Origin: an uncultured Gammaproteobacteria bacterium
GTDB lineage: Bacteria > Patescibacteriota > Patescibacteriia > SG8-24 > DYFX01
Assembly (NCBI GenBank): GCA_964388605.1
Contig: CAYMBC010000002.1
Location: forward strand, 1-38,042
Length of the DNA: 38,042 nucleotides
Direction of reading: 5' to 3'
In this document: positions 34,223-38,042 of the stretch, one piece after another
How the letters are laid out: every line of letters starts with the position of its first letter
Position numbering within the stretch: the stretch's first letter is position 1
Notes under the pieces: model-generated
What the model was told of the DNA's origin: nothing
Seen by the model: only the letters and a program-made list of their open reading frames with translations
The model's database searches: none
Translations under genes and position numbers: made by a program

Positions 34223-37114
34223 ATGACTATGCTCAGAGATTTCAGTGACATTAATATCGAAGTAGCGGTGGAAAAAAATAGGAACCAGACAGATCGCGGT
34301 GATTTATTAGAAAAAATTGCCAAGGAACTTTTGTTATCACAGGATTATAGCGTTGAGGGCGGCACAAGGCGTACCGGTATGGAGTTGGATTTAACGTGTC
34401 GACACAACGTCTCTGTAACAAAAAAAATTTTTGTTGAATGCAAGGCCTACAGAGACACAAAGATTGATTCCGAAATCATTTGGAAGCTTTCAGGTATTTT
34501 AAAAAATCGTGACTATCAAGAGGCGTGGTTGATTTCAACTTCGCCATTGAACAAAGAGGCTAAGGGGATTGTTGAAGAATTCAATACTGGCAATGATTCG
34601 CATCGCTACGCCTTCTATACCCCTGACAAGCTAATACATGCGCTTGTTAATTCAGGTGTTGTACAAAGTCCAGAGATCGTCCAGCTAAGAGCTTTTACTT
34701 TTGCTGGTAGTCAAAGCGCAATAGGTAATGCATTCTTGCTCCTAACTCACTACGGTGAATATTGGGCTTTTCAATATAAGAAGAGTGGTACACCTGTCGC
34801 CGCCATTCTTTTTAATGCCAGAGATGCTTCATTAGTTAATGATGAAGATCTCCTTAAAAAAATAGCGAGCACCGATACTTCGCTGAGCAATCTTGACTTT
34901 CTAAACATTCATTCCATCACATCTCGTAATGAGGCTGATTTAGTTTTTTCGCAAGAGCTGGTGCAGAAACGTGATGCGGGACGACAAATCGCTGTTAGTT
35001 GGCCACTGCAACCCGCATATTCTCATGAGATTGATGATTTAGGAGTGAGGTTCATGCACCCGCAGAAAGATCAACTCAGAGCCTCAGACGTTTTTGTCTA
35101 TCCGGACCTTCAATTTATTGAAGAAAAAGAAAAACCAACAATTAATGCTGAGATCCTAGTTAATCTCGGTGGGGTCTACCAAAAGTGCATTATTTTTGGC
35201 GGTCCATTGTCAGGCAAAACCTTATTGGCAAAGAGACTTCAACGCGATATTCATGAAAAAGGCCTAGTACCTATTCATCTTAACGCTGCGGATATTAAAT
35301 ATGCTGACGATCAAAAGTTTTTGACCATCCTTAAAATAGCCTTAAAAAAACAGTATAAACTTGACGAACAGGATTTAGAATCTTGCGCTCAGGGTCTCTT
35401 TCTTAAAAACGAAAGGGTTTTGCTTATTGTTGACGACTTTCACCAGCTAGGTATTAGGAATCCTGCTAACAGAGAGTCTCTTTTGGCAATGCTGGATGCG
35501 CATTTTAAAAACATATACATCTTTGCAGATGCTTCTATTGAGATGGAAACATTGGCGAGGAACGAGACTAGGAAAACATATGAATCGTATGAACTTTTCC
35601 GTATTAAACCGTTTGGTTACGTTCTGCGAGACAAATTGATTGAGAAGTGGGCAATTGCCGGTAATCCAGAAGCAGTAGACGAAGAGGGGTTTTTCAGTAA
35701 GAAAGACGAGCTTTCCACAAAATTAGAAGTGGTGATTGGTAAGAATTTTATGACGGCTCACCCGCTGCAAATTCTTACCATCCTCCAACTTTTGGAGACG
35801 GGTGGCCAGGATCAATTGCAGGGGAGTTCCTATGCTGAACTGTACCGGTGCTTGATAAACATGGCGCTGGGGCAAGCTAAGGTGAAGCCAGATGAAATTG
35901 ATTTTTATCATACCTACTTATCTTTTCTCGCGTTCCGGCTTTACTCGGTCGGCCAACGCCACATCGACGTATCCTCGATGCCTAGTCAGTATGAGAGTTA
36001 CTGCAAGAGCATGGGCTTAAGCAATCAGTTTGATGCGGTGCACGCTCGTTTGGTAAACGCGAAAATTCTAAAAATTGAATTTGATCAGTACTCATTCAAT
36101 CAAACTTATTATTACTACTTCTTCGTTGCCAAATATCTTTCTGATAATTTTGAAAATCCAGAGACTGCTGAAGAGATAAATAGAATTACGAAGGGGCTAT
36201 TTAAAAATGATAATGCAAACATCCTGCTATTTCTGATTCACCATACAAAAAATAGCGCAATTATTAGCGGGGTAATAAAAGAAGCGCAAGTACTATTTGA
36301 AGATGAAAAGCCGATCTCATTGACTAAGGAGGAGCTTGTTGATTTTAATGACTTGATTCGCGAAGAGCTCAAGATTTTTATTGATGATAAGGATCCGAAT
36401 GAACATAGACTGAGGACCCTTGAGCTACGTGATCATGCGGAAAATGCAAAACAACCCAGCGAAAATAAAAAAAGTGATCAATATGAGGAGCCGATAGATC
36501 TTTTGGGACGAGTAACCCTCTCCTTGAAAGTGATTGAAATACTCGGCCAGATTTCAAAAAATCACTACGGTTCACTTAACGCTGCTCGCAAGATTGAGCT
36601 AGTGAGCAACCTGCACACGTTAGGTTTTCGTGCCCTCTCAGCGTTGTTGAGAGATTTTAAGGAATACGAGTTTGCAATCCGCAAGGAGATAGAGAAATTA
36701 ATCGAAGATGAGGGACTTGTAACAGACTTCGATAAGGGGAATTTGGCAAAAAAAATCGTGTTTGGATCTGCTGAGATCTTGGTGATGGCGCTCGTAAAAA
36801 AAATGGGCGACAGTCTTGCTTCAAAGCACCTTTTTATTACAAGTGAAGAAGTGGCTGTCACAATCGACACACCTGCTGCGAAACTAACTAACATCGCAGT
36901 AAAGCTCAATTTTCAAAGTCAGTTGGATATAAAGGAAATATTAAAATTTGACAATGATCTCGTTGGCAACCACATGGCAAAGCGTGTCCTCAGGTTTCTT
37001 ATTGTCGATTACCTCTACAAGTTTAAAATTACCTATTCGGAAAGACAGCGTCTCTGCGACAAGTTAGGCATCAAGATAAATGCGGTGGGTCTGCTTAAGG
37101 AGAAGAGCGGGTAG
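34223..37114 (+). CDS. Mrr-like PD-(D/E)xK nuclease fused to a STAND/NACHT-like P-loop NTPase with a helical C-terminal domain (candidate Avs/bNACHT-like defence protein)
   Basis: Residues ~20-145 read DRGDLLEKIAKELLLSQDYSVEGGTRRTGMELDL ... KIFVECKAY ... AWLISTSPL. That is the Mrr_cat layout (D56 at 34388-34390, E72-x-K74 at 34436-34444). DVFVYPDL precedes Walker A GGPLSGKT (35198-35221). Walker B is LLIVDDFH (DD at 35432-35437), followed by FRIKPFGYVLRDKLIEKW. The remaining ~480 aa are helical and unassigned. GC is 20-23 per 60-nt line. Confidence 0.8.
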   Translation: MTMLRDFSDINIEVAVEKNRNQTDRGDLLEKIAKELLLSQDYSVEGGTRRTGMELDLTCRHNVSVTKKIFVECKAYRDTKIDSEIIWKLSGILKNRDYQEAWLISTSPLNKEAKGIVEEFNTGNDSHRYAFYTPDKLIHALVNSGVVQSPEIVQLRAFTFAGSQSAIGNAFLLLTHYGEYWAFQYKKSGTPVAAILFNARDASLVNDEDLLKKIASTDTSLSNLDFLNIHSITSRNEADLVFSQELVQKRDAGRQIAVSWPLQPAYSHEIDDLGVRFMHPQKDQLRASDVFVYPDLQFIEEKEKPTINAEILVNLGGVYQKCIIFGGPLSGKTLLAKRLQRDIHEKGLVPIHLNAADIKYADDQKFLTILKIALKKQYKLDEQDLESCAQGLFLKNERVLLIVDDFHQLGIRNPANRESLLAMLDAHFKNIYIFADASIEMETLARNETRKTYESYELFRIKPFGYVLRDKLIEKWAIAGNPEAVDEEGFFSKKDELSTKLEVVIGKNFMTAHPLQILTILQLLETGGQDQLQGSSYAELYRCLINMALGQAKVKPDEIDFYHTYLSFLAFRLYSVGQRHIDVSSMPSQYESYCKSMGLSNQFDAVHARLVNAKILKIEFDQYSFNQTYYYYFFVAKYLSDNFENPETAEEINRITKGLFKNDNANILLFLIHHTKNSAIISGVIKEAQVLFEDEKPISLTKEELVDFNDLIREELKIFIDDKDPNEHRLRTLELRDHAENAKQPSENKKSDQYEEPIDLLGRVTLSLKVIEILGQISKNHYGSLNAARKIELVSNLHTLGFRALSALLRDFKEYEFAIRKEIEKLIEDEGLVTDFDKGNLAKKIVFGSAEILVMALVKKMGDSLASKHLFITSEEVAVTIDTPAAKLTNIAVKLNFQSQLDIKEILKFDNDLVGNHMAKRVLRFLIVDYLYKFKITYSERQRLCDKLGIKINAVGLLKEKSG

Positions 37115-37125
37115 TTGCAATAGAC

Positions 37126-38042
37126 ATGCCCCCCCGCTTCACCCACCTCCACACCCACTCCCATTATTCGCTGCTCGAGGCGCTGCCTCAGGTGGATAAG
37201 CTGGTTAAGTTTGCCAAGTCGCAGGGGGCGACGGCGTTGGGGCTGACGGACAATGGCAACATGTTCGGGGTGATCGAATTCGTGCAGGAGTGCAACAAGG
37301 CGGAGATCAAGCCGATCATCGGCTACGACGCCTTTGTGGCGGTCGAGACGATCGACTTGAAGCGTCATCGCATCGATGACAAGAACTCGCGCCTCGTGCT
37401 GCTTGCCGAAACGATGGAAGGCTACAAGAATTTGATGAAGCTCGCCTCGGTCGCGTACTTGGACGGCGTCTACTACCGCCCGCGCATCCACCGCAATTTG
37501 CTCCGTCAATACGGAAAAGGTTTGATCGCGCTCGCCGGGCCGCGCAGCGACATTGGCAAGTGGCTCATCGATGGCGACATGGAAAAGGCGCGCGAACGGG
37601 CAACCGAGTACCGCGACATTTTGGGCGCGGACAATTTCTTTTTCGAGCTCGTCCACCAGCCCGACAGTCCGACGCAGAAAGAAACCAACGACGCGTTTAT
37701 CGCGCTTGGCAAAGAGCTTGGCATCGGCGTCGTGGCGTCGAGGAATGTTTATTATTTGAAACCGGAGCAAGCCGAGGCACGTTCGCTCCTGTTGTGCATC
37801 AAAGACAACCGCACGCTCGAAGACCGCGAGCGTACCGTCACGGCCGACAACGATCTTTCGATGTCGTCGCCGGAAGAAATCGAAGAAGCCTTCAAAAACA
37901 TTCCCGAAGCGCTCGAGAACAACGCGCGCATCGTCGAACGCTGCGACGTGAAGCTCGAGCTCGGCAAGTGGAACTTCCCGATCTACGAGATTCCGGACGG
38001 TCTGACACCGATCGAATACTTGAGGAAAATTTCTTTCGAGCG
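37126..38042 (+). CDS. dnaE: DNA polymerase III alpha subunit, 5' part (PHP domain); runs off the window
   Basis: MPPRFTHLHTHSHYSLLEALPQVDKLVKFAKSQGATALGLTDNGNMFGVIEF ... is the canonical DnaE PHP-domain start. The frame stays open to the end of the window. The ORF is absent from the ORF track because it has no stop. Confidence 0.9.
   Translation, partial: MPPRFTHLHTHSHYSLLEALPQVDKLVKFAKSQGATALGLTDNGNMFGVIEFVQECNKAEIKPIIGYDAFVAVETIDLKRHRIDDKNSRLVLLAETMEGYKNLMKLASVAYLDGVYYRPRIHRNLLRQYGKGLIALAGPRSDIGKWLIDGDMEKARERATEYRDILGADNFFFELVHQPDSPTQKETNDAFIALGKELGIGVVASRNVYYLKPEQAEARSLLLCIKDNRTLEDRERTVTADNDLSMSSPEEIEEAFKNIPEALENNARIVERCDVKLELGKWNFPIYEIPDGLTPIEYLRKISFE

Noticed and set aside
33709-34323. 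Minus-strand ORFs 33709..34002 (97 aa) and 34099..34323 (74 aa) as small island-encoded partner genes.
   Set aside because: The translations are Leu/Ser/Phe-rich with no motif, no SD and no start context. The second overlaps the 5' end of the nuclease-STAND gene. They are most likely chance ORFs in AT-rich DNA.
1-38042. CRISPR arrays, tRNA or rRNA genes, integrases, transposases or recombinases.
   Set aside because: I saw no regularly spaced direct repeats and no GGTTCGAATCC-type T-arm in a cloverleaf context. No ORF has integrase or transposase motifs, in the window or in the low-GC island. Detection by eye is imperfect for tRNAs.

Overview
This is a 38-kb, gene-dense bacterial chromosome segment, mostly about 55-65% GC by eye. 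About 28 kb is housekeeping: recG, radA, an envelope operon, clpC, htpX, lemA, a Fic protein, PMM/PGM, a HAD hydrolase, an HrpA-like helicase, murI, rseP, pheS/pheT, hup, and the 5' end of dnaE. The gene content (a T4SS-pilin-like membrane protein, compact operons, several leaderless-looking starts) suggests a streamlined, possibly CPR/Patescibacteria-like organism; that is inference only. From 28.1 to 33.6 kb lies an accessory stretch of small DUF-type genes (DUF2200, DUF1801, YdeI-like, an alkyltransferase-like protein, DUF1059) and a DUF4419 gene. The stand-out is a sharply low-GC block (about 33.8-37.11 kb; 20-23 G+C per 60-nt line against 36 per 60 in both flanks). It holds one 963-aa ORF: an Mrr-like PD-(D/E)xK nuclease fused to a STAND/NACHT-like P-loop NTPase and an unassigned helical C-terminal half. 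This ORF ends 11 nt before the dnaE start codon. That effector-NTPase-sensor layout is the one used by Avs/bNACHT antiviral proteins, so it is my best candidate for a new defence system. Secondary observations:
- Reading-frame lesions in recG (frameshift), radA (in-frame TAG) and probably fic, plus a nucleophile Asp-to-Asn change in the HAD gene.
- pheS and pheT separated by a small membrane-protein gene and a 68-nt compound inverted repeat.
- An identical 25-nt terminator hairpin present twice.
- An unexplained 270-nt non-coding gap before pheS.
- Promoter -10 boxes 6-9 nt upstream of several ATGs.
I recognised no rRNA, tRNA, CRISPR array, integrase or transposase.
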